Source: Candidatus Sericytochromatia bacterium
GTDB lineage: Bacteria; Cyanobacteriota; Sericytochromatia; S15B-MN24; UBA4093
DNA: 64,000 nucleotides
Reading direction: 5' to 3'
Assembly (NCBI GenBank): GCA_036676985.1
Contig: JAKFBU010000026.1
Location: forward strand, 192,001-256,000
Shown here: positions 9,316 through 19,304 of the stretch, piece by piece
Layout: each line of letters starts with the position of its first letter
Numbering within the stretch: position 1 is the first letter of the stretch
The notes under the pieces: model-generated
What the model saw: the letters and a program-made list of their open reading frames with translations, nothing else
What the model was told of the DNA's origin: nothing
Databases searched by the model: none
Made by a program: the position numbers and the translations under genes

Positions 9316-10647
9316 ATGGCCACCCGCATCGGCATCCTGGCCGACGACCTCACCGGAGCGAGCGATACCGGCCTGCAATTCCGGCAGGCCGGTCTGCGCA
9401 CGTGGGTGGTCACGCGCGTGCCGCAGGCCCCCGAGGTCCTGCCGCGCGAGATCGAGGTCCTCTCGGTCAACACGGCCTCGCGTCACCTGCCGGGTCGCCA
9501 GGCGAGCGAGCGGGCCCGTGACGCCCTGGGTTGGCTCCTGAGCCAGGGCTGCCGCTCGTTCTACAAGAAGCTGGACTCCACCCTGCGCGGCCCCATGGGC
9601 GCGGAGATCGCGGCGCTGCGGCGGGACTTAGGTTCGGCGCTCGCGGTGGTGGCCCCGGCCTTCCCCCAGGCGGGCCGCACGACCCTCGGCGGCTACCAGC
9701 TGGTCGACGGGGTGCCCGTCAGCCTCACCTCCTATGGCTCGGATCCCCTGCATCCGGTCAAGGAGGCGCACCTGCCCACGCTCCTCGCCGAGGGCGGAGA
9801 GCGGGTGGGCCTCATCGAGTGGAAGACCGTCTCCGAGGGACCGGACGCCATCGCCCGCGAGCTCTTCCGCATGCTGGCCAGCGAGGTGCGGACGGTCGTG
9901 GTGGACGCCGTGCGCCCCGAAGACCTGCGATCGCTCGCCACCGCCATCCACCACGCCCCCTACATGATCCTGCCCGCGGGCTCGGCGGGCCTCGCCGCGG
10001 CCCTGGTCGAGACCCAGGGCGCCCTGCCCCGGCTGTCGGGCGCCGAGGCCCCCAAGGGGCGCCTCTTGGGCAAGCTGCCTCCGGTCTTCATCGTCAACGG
10101 CAGCGCCAACCCCGTCAGCCTGCAGCAGCTCGGAGCCCTGGAGGCGGACGTGCGCCGCATCGTCGTGGACGTGCGCCAGCTCCTCTTGACGGACGACGAG
10201 GCGGTCGAGCGCCTGGCGCGGGAGGTCCTGCAGGGCCTGCTCGCCGGCCGGGACGTCCTCCTGACCACGGCCACCAGCGCCGCCGAGGTGCGGCGCGACC
10301 AGGAGCTCGGAGCCGACCTGGGCCTCAGCCCCTTCCAGGTGGGACAGCACCTGACGGAGGTCATGGGGCGCCTGGTGCGCCGCGTGGTCTCGCAGGGCGA
10401 GGTGACCCACCTGGTGCTGGTGGGCGGCGAGACGGCGGCCTCGGTGCTTTCTCAGCTGCCGGGCGATCGCCTCGAGATCCTCTCGGAGGTCCTGCCCGCC
10501 ATTCCGGTGAGCCGACTCATCGGCACCCCCCTGCGCATCGTCACCAAGTCCGGCGGCTTCGGCGCCCCGGAGGCCCTGCGCGACATCGTCTCCCGCGTGC
10601 GTCAACTGGATCTCGAAGATGAGAGCCTGCGTCCTCGGCTCGGGTAG
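9316..10647 (+). CDS. Four-carbon acid sugar kinase family protein (DUF1537)
   Basis: ADDLTGASD, YKKLDSTLRG, PAFPQAGRTT, GGETA, TKSGGFG. Confidence 0.9.
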   Translation: MATRIGILADDLTGASDTGLQFRQAGLRTWVVTRVPQAPEVLPREIEVLSVNTASRHLPGRQASERARDALGWLLSQGCRSFYKKLDSTLRGPMGAEIAALRRDLGSALAVVAPAFPQAGRTTLGGYQLVDGVPVSLTSYGSDPLHPVKEAHLPTLLAEGGERVGLIEWKTVSEGPDAIARELFRMLASEVRTVVVDAVRPEDLRSLATAIHHAPYMILPAGSAGLAAALVETQGALPRLSGAEAPKGRLLGKLPPVFIVNGSANPVSLQQLGALEADVRRIVVDVRQLLLTDDEAVERLAREVLQGLLAGRDVLLTTATSAAEVRRDQELGADLGLSPFQVGQHLTEVMGRLVRRVVSQGEVTHLVLVGGETAASVLSQLPGDRLEILSEVLPAIPVSRLIGTPLRIVTKSGGFGAPEALRDIVSRVRQLDLEDESLRPRLG

Positions 10648-11593
10648 CTGGGGGACGGCGCTCGCCGCCCTCCTGGTCCATGCGGGCGTGCCCGCATGGC
10701 TGTGGGCGCGTGACCTCGAGACGGTGCGATCGCTCGCCGCCACCCGCTCCAACCCGCGCTACCTGCCGGGCCTCGTGCTGCCCGAGGACCTGTGGCCCAC
10801 CGATGACCTGACGGTCGCCATGGAGGCCGACCTCGTCGTCCTCGCCGTACCCTCCCAGGCCCTGCGCTCGGTGGCCCGACAGCTCTGCGTCCGGCGGGGC
10901 ACGCCCGTGGTGAGCGCCACCAAGGGCTTCGAGCTCGGCACGACCAAGCGCATGACCGAGATCATCTCCGAGGAGGTCCCCGAGGCCATCCCGCTCGCCC
11001 TGTCGGGCCCGAACCTCGCGGGCGAGATCGCCATGGGGCGCCCCGCCTCGACGGTCATCGGCGGCGAGCCCGAGGCCGCGCGCCTCGTCCAGCAGGCCTT
11101 CAACTCCGAGCGCTTCCGGGTCTACACCAACGAGGACGTGGTGGGCGTGGAGCTGGGCGGTGCGCTCAAGAATATCACGGCGCTGGCCGCGGGCATCCTC
11201 GACGGCCTGGAGCTTGGCGACAACGCCAAGGCGGCCCTCATGACCCGGGGGTTGGCCGAGAACGCCCGACTGGGGGTGGCCATGGGCGCCGAGGCCGCGA
11301 CCTTCGCGGGCCTCGCCGGCATGGGCGACCTGATCGCCACCTGCGCGAGCCCCCTTTCGCGCAACCACCGGGTGGGGGTGGAGCTCGCCCGGGGCTTCAG
11401 CTGGCAGCAGATCCAGGACCGCCTCCAGCTTACGGCCGAGGGTGTCCACACGACCGTCTCCGCCCTGGAGCTCGCGCGCCGTCACCACATCGAGCTGCCC
11501 ATCGCGAGCCAGATCCACGCCGTCCTCTACGAAGGGCTACCGGCCGAGCGGGCCGTCAGCGCCCTGATGGGAAGACCGCCCCGCTCCGAGTGA
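10619..11593 (+). CDS. gpsA: NAD(P)H-dependent glycerol-3-phosphate dehydrogenase
   Basis: GSGSWGTA, LSGPNLA, GVELGGALKN, GLAGMGDL, SRN. Confidence 0.95.
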   Translation: MRACVLGSGSWGTALAALLVHAGVPAWLWARDLETVRSLAATRSNPRYLPGLVLPEDLWPTDDLTVAMEADLVVLAVPSQALRSVARQLCVRRGTPVVSATKGFELGTTKRMTEIISEEVPEAIPLALSGPNLAGEIAMGRPASTVIGGEPEAARLVQQAFNSERFRVYTNEDVVGVELGGALKNITALAAGILDGLELGDNAKAALMTRGLAENARLGVAMGAEAATFAGLAGMGDLIATCASPLSRNHRVGVELARGFSWQQIQDRLQLTAEGVHTTVSALELARRHHIELPIASQIHAVLYEGLPAERAVSALMGRPPRSE

Positions 11594-11639
11594 TATAGTA
11601 TGAAACCGACCCATCGCCACCACCACATGAAAGGGAACA

Positions 11640-12845
11640 GTGCCATCAATGCGCATCTGCATGCTTAGCTGGGAATATCCCCCTCGCATCGTCGGCGGCA
11701 TCGCCCGTCACGTCGAGGAGATCTCCGAGGCCATGGCGGCCCAGGGCCACGAGGTCCACGTGATCACGGCCGATCACCCCGACACCGAGGCCTATGAGCA
11801 CCGCAAGGGCGTCCACATCCACCGGATCAAGGACATGCCCCCCGAGACGACGGATTTCGTCAGCTGGGTCCTGCACCTCAACTTCGGGATGGCCGACCAG
11901 GCGATTCGCATGCACATGCACCAGCCCTTCGACCTGGTTCATGCCCACGACTGGCTCGTGAGCCAGGCCGCCATCCTGCTCAAGAAGTCCTTCGATCTGC
12001 CCATGGTGGCGACCATCCACGCCACCGAGGCCGGCCGCATGCATGGCATCCACAACACCATTCAGTCCTACATCAACCAGCAGGAGTGGCGCCTGTCGTA
12101 TGAGGCCTACCGGGTCATCGTCTGCTCGGAGTACATGCGCCGCGAGGTCAAGAGCCAGTTCGGCGTGCCCGACGATAAGATCGACGTCATCCCCAACGGC
12201 ATCGACTACTCGAAGTTCGACTTCGAGTTCGACAAGGCGCACTTCCGCCGCCGCTTCGCCCTCGACCACGAGAAGATCGTCCTCTTCGTCGGTCGCATGG
12301 TCCCCGAGAAGGGCGCCCAGGTGCTCGTCGAGGCCATGCCCCGCGTGCTCGCCCAGTCCCCCGAGGCCAAGTTCGTGGTGGTCGGCAAGGGCGGCTTCCT
12401 GAACGAGCTCAAGGCCCGCGCCGCGGCCCTCAACCTCGGCAACAAGGCCCTCTTCACGGGCTACGTGGACGACGACACCCTGCTTCGCCTCTACAAGGTG
12501 GCGGACGTCTCGGTGGTCCCCTCGCTGTACGAGCCCTTCGGCATCGTGGCCCTCGAGGGCATGGGCGCCAAGAAGCCCACGGTCGTCGCCGAGACCGGCG
12601 GCCTGGGCGAGATCGTCGACCACACCCGCTCGGGCATCACGACCTTCGCCGGGGACGCGGGCTCGCTCGCCTGGGGCCTCCTGGAGGTGCTCAAGAACCC
12701 CGAGTACGCGCAGATGCTGGGCGAGAACGGCTTCCGCAAGGTCGAAGAGGTCTTCAACTGGCCCTCGATCGCCCGTACGACCGTCGGCGTCTACGACCGG
12801 ACGCTCGAGGCAGCCGGCAAGGCTCCCGCCCAGTCGGCGGTCTAA
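11640..12845 (+). CDS. Glycosyltransferase family 4 (possible alpha-glucan/glycogen synthase)
   Basis: WEYPPRIVGG, HAHDW, VGRMVPEKG, PSLYEPFGIVALE; start GTG 11640 or ATG 11649. Confidence 0.88.
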   Translation: MPSMRICMLSWEYPPRIVGGIARHVEEISEAMAAQGHEVHVITADHPDTEAYEHRKGVHIHRIKDMPPETTDFVSWVLHLNFGMADQAIRMHMHQPFDLVHAHDWLVSQAAILLKKSFDLPMVATIHATEAGRMHGIHNTIQSYINQQEWRLSYEAYRVIVCSEYMRREVKSQFGVPDDKIDVIPNGIDYSKFDFEFDKAHFRRRFALDHEKIVLFVGRMVPEKGAQVLVEAMPRVLAQSPEAKFVVVGKGGFLNELKARAAALNLGNKALFTGYVDDDTLLRLYKVADVSVVPSLYEPFGIVALEGMGAKKPTVVAETGGLGEIVDHTRSGITTFAGDAGSLAWGLLEVLKNPEYAQMLGENGFRKVEEVFNWPSIARTTVGVYDRTLEAAGKAPAQSAV

Positions 12846-12866
12846 CCGCTCTCACGGTTTCCAGGC

Positions 12867-12896
12867 ACGAAGGCTCCCCGCTCGGGGAGCCTTCGT
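12867..12896 (+). terminator. Hairpin, probable terminator
   Basis: ACGAAGGCTCCCC-GCTC-GGGGAGCCTTCGT. Confidence 0.55.
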
Positions 12897-13081
12897 CGTG
12901 CATGGGGGGCGACGAGTCGCCCCTCTTGCCTCGCCGAAAAGAGGGATCGAGAGGCTCGCTTGTCCCCTTCCGTCAAAACGTTTCTGTATGTTAAGATCGG
13001 AGGGAATGCGTAACGAATAGTGCCGTTGCGGCGATCGTTCCCGCATCCAAGCGCCCTACAACGGAGTAAGGAGTTTACCCC

Positions 13082-15595
13082 ATGAAGGCTGTCCTGATGG
13101 CTGGCGGGTCCGGGACCCGTCTGAGGCCCCTCACCTGCGACATTCCCAAGCCCATGGTGCCCATGCTCAACAAGCCGATGGCTGAGCATATCATCAACCT
13201 CTTGAAGCGCCATGGGATCACCGACATCATCGTCACGCTCTACTACCTGCCGCAGGTCATCCAGAACTACTTCGGAGACGGGCGCGACTTCGGCGTGAAC
13301 ATCACCTACTCCGTCGAGGAGAAGATGCCGCTCGGCACCGCCGGCTCGGTCAAGGCCATCGAGCAGTACCTGGACGAGACCTTCCTCGTCATCTCGGGCG
13401 ACAGCCTCACGGACATCGACCTCACGACCGCCATCGAGTACCACAAGCGCCAGCAGTCGCTGGCGACGCTCTTGCTGCACCGGGTGGAGAACCCGCTCGA
13501 GTTCGGCGTGGTCATCACCGACGAGAACGGCCGCGTGCGCCGCTTCCTCGAGAAGCCCTCGTCGAGCGAGGTCTTCTCGGACACCATCAACACCGGCACC
13601 TACATCCTCGAGCCCGAGGTGCTCCGCCTATTCGAGCCCGAGAAGGAAGTGGACTGGTCCAAGGACGTCTTCCCCGCCCTCCTGCGCCGCAACGACCCCA
13701 TGTTCGGCTACATCGCGGGCGGCTACTGGGAGGACGTCGGCAATCTGCAGGCCTACCGCGAGGCCCACTACGACATCCTCGAGGCCAAGGTCAAGGTCGA
13801 GATCCCCTACCCCGAGCGCGAGCCCGGCATCTACATCGGTGAGGGCACGTTCGTGCACCCCTCGGCCCGCATCAGCGGTCCGGTCGTCATCGGCAACAAC
13901 TGCCAGATCGGCGAGGGCGTGATCGTGAGCCCGGGGACCGTCATCGGCGACAACGTCATCGTCAAGGGCGGCGCCTCCTTGAAGCGTCCGGTCGTCTGGA
14001 ACAACGCCTACCTCGGCGAGAACATCGAGCTGCGCGGCTGCGTGCTCGGCAAGAACACGGCCGTCAAGCGCTCGGCGGAGGTGCTCGAGGGCGCCATCGT
14101 CAGCAACGACTGCATCGTCGGCGAGGGCGCCATCGTCAAGCCCAACGTCAAGGTGTGGCCCAACAAGACCATCGAGACGGGTGCCACCGTGTCGTCGAGC
14201 CTCATCTGGGGCTCGAGCGCCCAGCGCACGCTGTTCGGCGCCTCGGGCGTCTCGGGGCTCGTCAACATCGAGATCATCCCCGAGTTCGCCGTCAAGCTCG
14301 GTGCGGCCTACGGCGCCACCCTGCCCGCGGGCTCGAGCGTGACCGTCAGCCGTGACGGCAGCCAGGCGGCCCGCATGATCAACCGCGGCATGATCTCGGG
14401 CCTCATGAGCGTCGGCATCAACGTCAGCAACCTGGAAACGACGGCGATGCCCATCGCCCGCTACCAGGCCCCCACCCTCAACGTCCAGGGCGGCGTGCAC
14501 ATCCGCATCTCCCCGGAGAAGCCGGACGTGTGCCAGATCGAGTTCTTCGATCGCGAGGGCATGAACATCTCCAAGGCCACCGAGAAGAAGATCGAGTCCA
14601 ACTTCTTCAAGGAGGACTTCCGCCGCGTGCAGCTCTCGGACATCGGGGACATCTCGTTCCCGGCGCGCGTCGTCGAGTACTACAAGCAGGGCTTCCGGCG
14701 CGAGATCCCCTCGACCAAGGCCCTGCAGGACCGCCGCCTCAAGGTGGTCCTCGATTACGCCTTCTCGATCGGTAACCCGGTCCTGCCGGGCATCCTCGGC
14801 GAGATGGAGATCGAGACGGTGGTCCTCAACGCCCACCTGCGCTCCAAGCTGCCCTCGGCCGAGGAGAAGGACGTGCTCGCCGAGCAGCTCGCAGAGGTCG
14901 TGCTCGCCCTGCGCGCCGACTTCGGCGTCCAGCTCGATGCCAACGGCGAGCGCATCACGCTGGTCGACAACAAGGGCCGGATCCTGAAGGACGAGATGCT
15001 CACGGCCACCATGACGCAGCTCTTCCTCGCGGCGCATTCGGGCGCCACCATTGCCCTGCCCGTGACGGCCTCGAACGTCAACGAGCGGATCGCCGAGCGC
15101 TCCGGCTCCAAGATCCTGCGCACCAAGGCCAATCCCCGCGCCATGATGGAGGCGGCCAAGCAGGACGGCGTCCTGTTGGCCGGCACCAACGGCAACTTCA
15201 TCTTCCCGAGCATGCACCCGGGCTTCGACGGCATGCTCGCCGTGGCGAAGATCGCCGAGGCGCTCGCGGAGCTGGGCAAGAGCCTCTCGCAGGTCGAGAG
15301 CGAGATGCCCGACTTCTACCACCGCCACGACGAGGTCCCCTGCCCCTGGGAGCACAAGGGAACGGTCATGCGCGTGCTCGTCGAGCAGGGCCGCGACAAG
15401 CAGATGGAGCTCATCGACGGGGTCAAGCTCTACACCGGCAACGGCTGGGTGCTTGTCTTGCCCGATCCGGTCGAGCCCACGATTCACCTTTACGCTGACG
15501 GACGTTCCGCCATCGAGGCCGAGCGCCTGATCGAGGAGTACGCCACGGTCATCCGCTCGATGGCCGCCGGCAAGGAGGAGGCCACTCTTGTCTAA
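13082..15595 (+). CDS. Mannose-1-phosphate guanylyltransferase fused to hexapeptide and phosphohexomutase-like domains
   Basis: [12 protein letters not shown]...PKPM NTP-transferase motif, LbH repeats, [12 protein letters not shown]-like region. Confidence 0.9.
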   Translation: MKAVLMAGGSGTRLRPLTCDIPKPMVPMLNKPMAEHIINLLKRHGITDIIVTLYYLPQVIQNYFGDGRDFGVNITYSVEEKMPLGTAGSVKAIEQYLDETFLVISGDSLTDIDLTTAIEYHKRQQSLATLLLHRVENPLEFGVVITDENGRVRRFLEKPSSSEVFSDTINTGTYILEPEVLRLFEPEKEVDWSKDVFPALLRRNDPMFGYIAGGYWEDVGNLQAYREAHYDILEAKVKVEIPYPEREPGIYIGEGTFVHPSARISGPVVIGNNCQIGEGVIVSPGTVIGDNVIVKGGASLKRPVVWNNAYLGENIELRGCVLGKNTAVKRSAEVLEGAIVSNDCIVGEGAIVKPNVKVWPNKTIETGATVSSSLIWGSSAQRTLFGASGVSGLVNIEIIPEFAVKLGAAYGATLPAGSSVTVSRDGSQAARMINRGMISGLMSVGINVSNLETTAMPIARYQAPTLNVQGGVHIRISPEKPDVCQIEFFDREGMNISKATEKKIESNFFKEDFRRVQLSDIGDISFPARVVEYYKQGFRREIPSTKALQDRRLKVVLDYAFSIGNPVLPGILGEMEIETVVLNAHLRSKLPSAEEKDVLAEQLAEVVLALRADFGVQLDANGERITLVDNKGRILKDEMLTATMTQLFLAAHSGATIALPVTASNVNERIAERSGSKILRTKANPRAMMEAAKQDGVLLAGTNGNFIFPSMHPGFDGMLAVAKIAEALAELGKSLSQVESEMPDFYHRHDEVPCPWEHKGTVMRVLVEQGRDKQMELIDGVKLYTGNGWVLVLPDPVEPTIHLYADGRSAIEAERLIEEYATVIRSMAAGKEEATLV

Positions 15596-17018
15596 CATCG
15601 TCTTCGGAACCGACGGCTGGCGCGACCTCATCGCCGAGGGCTTCACCTTCGGCAACGTGCGGATCGTGGCGGCGGCGATCGCCGACTACGTCAAGTCCGC
15701 CTACCCCCAGGACCGTCCGGTCCTGGTGGGCTACGACACCCGGTTCCTCGCCCGCGAGTTCGCCGAGACGGTGGTGGCCGTGCTGCAGAGCCGCGGCCTC
15801 AAGACCCTCCTGGCCAAGCGCGACGTGGCCACCCCGGTCATCGCGTTCGCGGCCCGCGAGCTGAACACGGCGGGGGCCATCATGCTGACGGCGAGCCACA
15901 ACCCGCCCCAGTACTGCGGCATCAAGTACATCCCCGACTACGCGGGTCCCGCCACCAAGGACATCACCGACACCATCGTCGCCAACGTCAAGCGGATCCA
16001 GGGCGAGGCCTCGGATCTGCCGACCGGCCGAGTGGCGGGCGAGGAGTTCGATCCCCAGGCGAGCTACTTTGCCTGGATCCGGCAGCTGGTGCCCGGCACC
16101 GAGCTCAAGCAGGCCAAGCTCAAGGTCGTCTACGACGCCCTCTACAGCACGGGGCGCGGCTACCTGGACACGCTCTTGAGCGAGTACGGGTGCGAGGTCA
16201 AGACCCTGCACGGCGATCGCGACCCGCTCTTCGGCGGCGGGATGCCCGAGCCCGCGGTCGCGCAGCTCGGTGAGCTCATCGAGACGGTCAAGCGCGAGAA
16301 GGCGGACCTGGGTCTTGCCACCGACGGCGACTCGGACCGCTTCGGGGTGGTCGACACCACTGGCCTCTTCTACACGCCGAACCAGGTGATCGCCCTCCTG
16401 CTGCGCCACCTGGTCAAGAACCGCGGCGCCAAGGGCGTGGTGGTCCGCACCGTGGCCACCACCCACCTGATCGACCGCCTGGCGGCCCGTTACGGCGTCG
16501 AGGTCCGCGAGACGCCGGTGGGCTTCAAGTGGGTCGGCGAGAAGATGCGCCAGGAGCCCGTCATCATCGGCGGCGAGGAGTCGGGCGGTCTGTCCATCAT
16601 CGGTCACATCCCCGAGAAGGACGGGATCCTCGCGAACCTCTTGGTGGCCGACATGGTCGCCACCGAGGGCAAGCCGATCGCCGCGATCTGGCAGGACCTG
16701 GTCGCCGAGGTGGGCTGGAACCCGGCCAACCGCCGGCTGGACCTGCACCTCAGCGAGCAGGCCAAGGCCGAGGTCCTGCGCCTCTTCCTCGATCGCACGC
16801 CGACCGAGGTCGCGGGGCTCAAGGTCACGGACGTCTCGCGCAAGGACGGCGTGAAGCTCACGCTCTCGGACGGCAGCTGGATCCTGGCCCGTCCGTCGGG
16901 CACCGAGCCCATCATCCGCGTCTACCTCGAGGCGGCGGATCAGGCGGCCCTGGACACGCTCGCGACGGCGGTCAACCGCATCGTCGAGGAGGCCGCGGGC
17001 CCCGTGCCCGTGCATTAA
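15588..17018 (+). CDS. Phosphoglucomutase/phosphomannomutase
   Basis: FGTDGWR, TASHNP, DGDSDR, GGEESGG, RPSGTEP; TTG start after GGAGG. Confidence 0.93.
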   Translation: MSNIVFGTDGWRDLIAEGFTFGNVRIVAAAIADYVKSAYPQDRPVLVGYDTRFLAREFAETVVAVLQSRGLKTLLAKRDVATPVIAFAARELNTAGAIMLTASHNPPQYCGIKYIPDYAGPATKDITDTIVANVKRIQGEASDLPTGRVAGEEFDPQASYFAWIRQLVPGTELKQAKLKVVYDALYSTGRGYLDTLLSEYGCEVKTLHGDRDPLFGGGMPEPAVAQLGELIETVKREKADLGLATDGDSDRFGVVDTTGLFYTPNQVIALLLRHLVKNRGAKGVVVRTVATTHLIDRLAARYGVEVRETPVGFKWVGEKMRQEPVIIGGEESGGLSIIGHIPEKDGILANLLVADMVATEGKPIAAIWQDLVAEVGWNPANRRLDLHLSEQAKAEVLRLFLDRTPTEVAGLKVTDVSRKDGVKLTLSDGSWILARPSGTEPIIRVYLEAADQAALDTLATAVNRIVEEAAGPVPVH

Positions 17019-17038
17019 CCCTCGATCGTCAAGCCCCC

Positions 17039-17074
17039 GCCGCCCCGCACGACCTCGTGCGGGGCGGCGCTTTA
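17039..17074 (+). terminator. Intrinsic terminator
   Basis: GCCGCCCCGCACGA-CC-TCGTGCGGGGCGGC then GCTTT. Confidence 0.6.
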
Positions 17075-17138
17075 AAAGCCGTCGAGCGTGGGGTATAGGA
17101 GGGGAGCGACCCTAAGCCATGACCCATGGATTCATCGC

Positions 17139-18269
17139 GTGAGCGTCCAGAAGCGCAAGCAGGCCAAGGCCTTCCAGAATCTCGCCACCAAGCTCCCTCT
17201 GGCGAACACCGCCGGGGCGCTCTTGGTGCTCTATGGCGCGTCACAGGCCTTCGGGCTCGGCGAGGGCCAGGGCTTCGTCCAGTGGGTCTACGGCCTGGTG
17301 GGCGGTGTGGTCGGTTTCCTCATCTTCGGGGTCATCCAGAAGCCCATCCGGGCCTACGAGCACAAGGTCAAGATCAAGGCCCGTGAGCTCGCCCAGAAGA
17401 TGGAGGCCAAGATCGACGAGGAGCAGGGCGGCCTCAACAAGCTCCTGGACTCCTATGAACTGCACTACCTGGGTGGCCATCCCGGTTGGCCCCTCAAGGA
17501 CAAGGTGGAGTTCGGCCTCCTCGACCTGCACGAGAAGTCCCTCTTCTTCAAGAACAAGGCGAACCGCATCAAGTTCCAGCTGGCGCGCGTGAAGCGCATC
17601 TCGGTCGAGCCGGAGAAGGTGATCCGCCTCAAGAAGCTGTCGACGGTCGTGTTGCCCAAGCCCAAGACGTACAAGAATGCGATCGTGGGTCGGGTGATGG
17701 CGGAGCTCGTGAAGCGCCAGCGCTACGTGGTCATCGATTATCTGGACGATCTGGGCGAGAAGCACCTGGTGGTCTTCCAGGCGGTGGGTGGCAACCCGTT
17801 CGTGGCCAAGGCGGTCAAGGCGGCGGTGGACGAGGTCCACAAGAAGATTCCCAAGGACAAGAAGGGGGCGGTCGAGAAGGCGCCGGGGCTGCAGCAGGCC
17901 TCGGACGAGGCGCTTGCTGCCGCGGAGGCGGCTTCACGCCAATCGCAAGGGTATCGTTCGGCTCATGCGGCGCCCGCGACAGGCGCCTTGGCGTCGTCGA
18001 CCGGTACGTTGCCCGCCGCGGGCGAGGTGCGTTACCAGGTGGTGCTGGACTACGCGGGCGCCACGCCGGAGGAGCAGTCGCATGTGGCGACGCAGATGGC
18101 GAGCCTGTTCAACATCCCGGCGGACAAGGCCATGGCCGCGGTGCAGCGCGTGCCCTTTGTTGCGAAGCGCAACCTGAACCCGGATCAGGCCCAGCGCCTG
18201 GTCTCCGCTCTCACCGCCACCGGCGCCTCGGCCCGTGCGGAGGCCATGAACCAGGCTCCGGTTTCCTAG
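17139..18269 (+). CDS. Hypothetical membrane protein with C-terminal ribosomal L7/L12-CTD-like domain
   Basis: Two N-terminal TM helices, Lys-rich cytoplasmic domain, C-terminal YQVVLDYAG...AMAAVQRVPFVAKRNLNPDQAQRLVSALTATGA; start uncertain (17088 or 17139). Confidence 0.7.
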   Translation: MSVQKRKQAKAFQNLATKLPLANTAGALLVLYGASQAFGLGEGQGFVQWVYGLVGGVVGFLIFGVIQKPIRAYEHKVKIKARELAQKMEAKIDEEQGGLNKLLDSYELHYLGGHPGWPLKDKVEFGLLDLHEKSLFFKNKANRIKFQLARVKRISVEPEKVIRLKKLSTVVLPKPKTYKNAIVGRVMAELVKRQRYVVIDYLDDLGEKHLVVFQAVGGNPFVAKAVKAAVDEVHKKIPKDKKGAVEKAPGLQQASDEALAAAEAASRQSQGYRSAHAAPATGALASSTGTLPAAGEVRYQVVLDYAGATPEEQSHVATQMASLFNIPADKAMAAVQRVPFVAKRNLNPDQAQRLVSALTATGASARAEAMNQAPVS

Positions 18270-18306
18270 AGCTTACCGGGGCTTTCTTCCTTTAGGCGTT
18301 CGTCGG

Positions 18307-18346
18307 CACTCCCGTCACCCTCGCGTAAGCGGGGGTCCATCGTAGC
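18307..18346 (+). repeat. CGTC-tagged REP palindrome, left flank of GIY-YIG gene
   Basis: CACTCCCGTCACCCTCGCGTAAGCGGGGGTCCATCGTAGC; inverted match to 18667..18706 with 3 mismatches in 40 bp. Confidence 0.9.
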
Positions 18347-18348
18347 GT

Positions 18349-18648
18349 CTACGGTGTTCCGATAATTTCCGGATAGAGGTCACGCCACATTGGATTCGAC
18401 TGCTCGATAAGCTGTATCTTCCAATCGCGTAGCCACTTCTTGAGCGCCTTCTCGCGTTGGATGGCGCTAACCATCGTCTCGTGGCGTTCGTACCAGACCA
18501 ATTGATGGATCCCATAACTACGGGTGAACCTTCCGCCTGCGTCATTCTTGTGCTGCCAGACACGCTTCATGAGGTCTGAGGTCACTCCGATGTACAGGGT
18601 TCCATGGCGGCGGTTTGCGAGGATATAGGTACAAGGCTCTCGATGCAA
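18349..18648 (-). CDS. Stand-alone GIY-YIG nuclease family protein
   Basis: TYILAN...TLYIGVTSDLMKRVWQHK, AIQREKALKKW..WKIQLIE..NP.WRDLY; TTG start after AGGAG; visibly lower GC than neighbours. Confidence 0.92.
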   Translation of the reverse strand: MHREPCTYILANRRHGTLYIGVTSDLMKRVWQHKNDAGGRFTRSYGIHQLVWYERHETMVSAIQREKALKKWLRDWKIQLIEQSNPMWRDLYPEIIGTP

Positions 18649-18666
18649 AGCATTCTCCTGGGTGTG

Positions 18667-18706
18667 GTTACGCTGGACCCCCGCTTGCGCGAGGGTGACG
18701 GGAGTG
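18667..18706 (-). repeat. CGTC-tagged REP palindrome, right flank of GIY-YIG gene
   Basis: Reverse complement CACTCCCGTCACCCTCGCGCAAGCGGGGGTCCAGCGTAAC. Confidence 0.9.
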
Positions 18707-18849
18707 GTGACGGCAGGTTCAAATTTTCTGCTTATCGACGATTTTACGTTATTATGTCGAATGTGTGCGACTGCTTTGAAAATCCTGGCAGAGGGGCGTT
18801 CGGGGACCTGAAACGATCCGTATCTGGCGCCATGAGCCCAAATAAGGCC

Positions 18850-18878
18850 TTGTCACGCCCCTCACTACGTGGTACGAT
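18850..18878 (+). promoter_or_regulatory. Sigma70-type promoter of rpsF-ssb-rpsR
   Basis: TTGTCA-17 bp-TACGAT with TG extension. Confidence 0.65.
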
Positions 18879-18931
18879 CTCCTACTCTGTCGGTTAAGAC
18901 AGAGATAAGGTCGCTTTAATCGTGCGACCAG

Positions 18932-18992
18932 TCTTCCCTGCTCCTCGGCAAGGACCGGGGGGCCGTTTAGTCCGGAGGGAGGTGAACCCCGA
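18932..18992 (+). ncRNA. S6:S18 (bS6) ribosomal protein leader, cis-regulatory RNA
   Basis: CTTCCCTGCTCC...GGGGCCGTTTAGTCCGGAGGGAGGTG directly before rpsF; CCG in loop and 5' pyrimidines able to pair with the SD, resembling the Firmicutes leader. Confidence 0.7.
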
Positions 18993-19283
18993 ATGCAACG
19001 CGCCTACGAAACCATGTACATCCTGCGCCCCACTCTCGAAGAGGAGGCGGTGGACGCCGTGGTCACCAAGATCAACGACCACATCACCAAGAACGGTGGC
19101 AACGTCGAGAAGACCGAGAAGCGTGGCCGCAAGCGCCTGGCCTATGAGGTCAAGGATTTCCGCGACGGTTTCTACGTTTTGAGCAACTTCACGGCCGACC
19201 CCGCGTCGATCACCGAGTTGGAGCGCGCTTTCAAGCTCAACGAGGATGTGATCCGTCACATCGTCGTCCGGCCTGAGGCGTAA
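18993..19283 (+). CDS. rpsF: 30S ribosomal protein S6
   Basis: YETMYILRP, GRKRLAYEV, EDVIRH. Confidence 0.97.
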   Translation: MQRAYETMYILRPTLEEEAVDAVVTKINDHITKNGGNVEKTEKRGRKRLAYEVKDFRDGFYVLSNFTADPASITELERAFKLNEDVIRHIVVRPEA

Positions 19284-19304
19284 ACACCTTTAGGAGTAGC
19301 ACCG

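Noticed and set aside
10630-10647. RPRLG at the end of the DUF1537 kinase as a pdxA fusion remnant
   Set aside because: It is the alternative frame of the overlapping gpsA start
12900-13075. Structured leader or riboswitch before the GMPP gene
   Set aside because: Several short hairpins but no recognisable aptamer motif; explained by a terminator plus promoter
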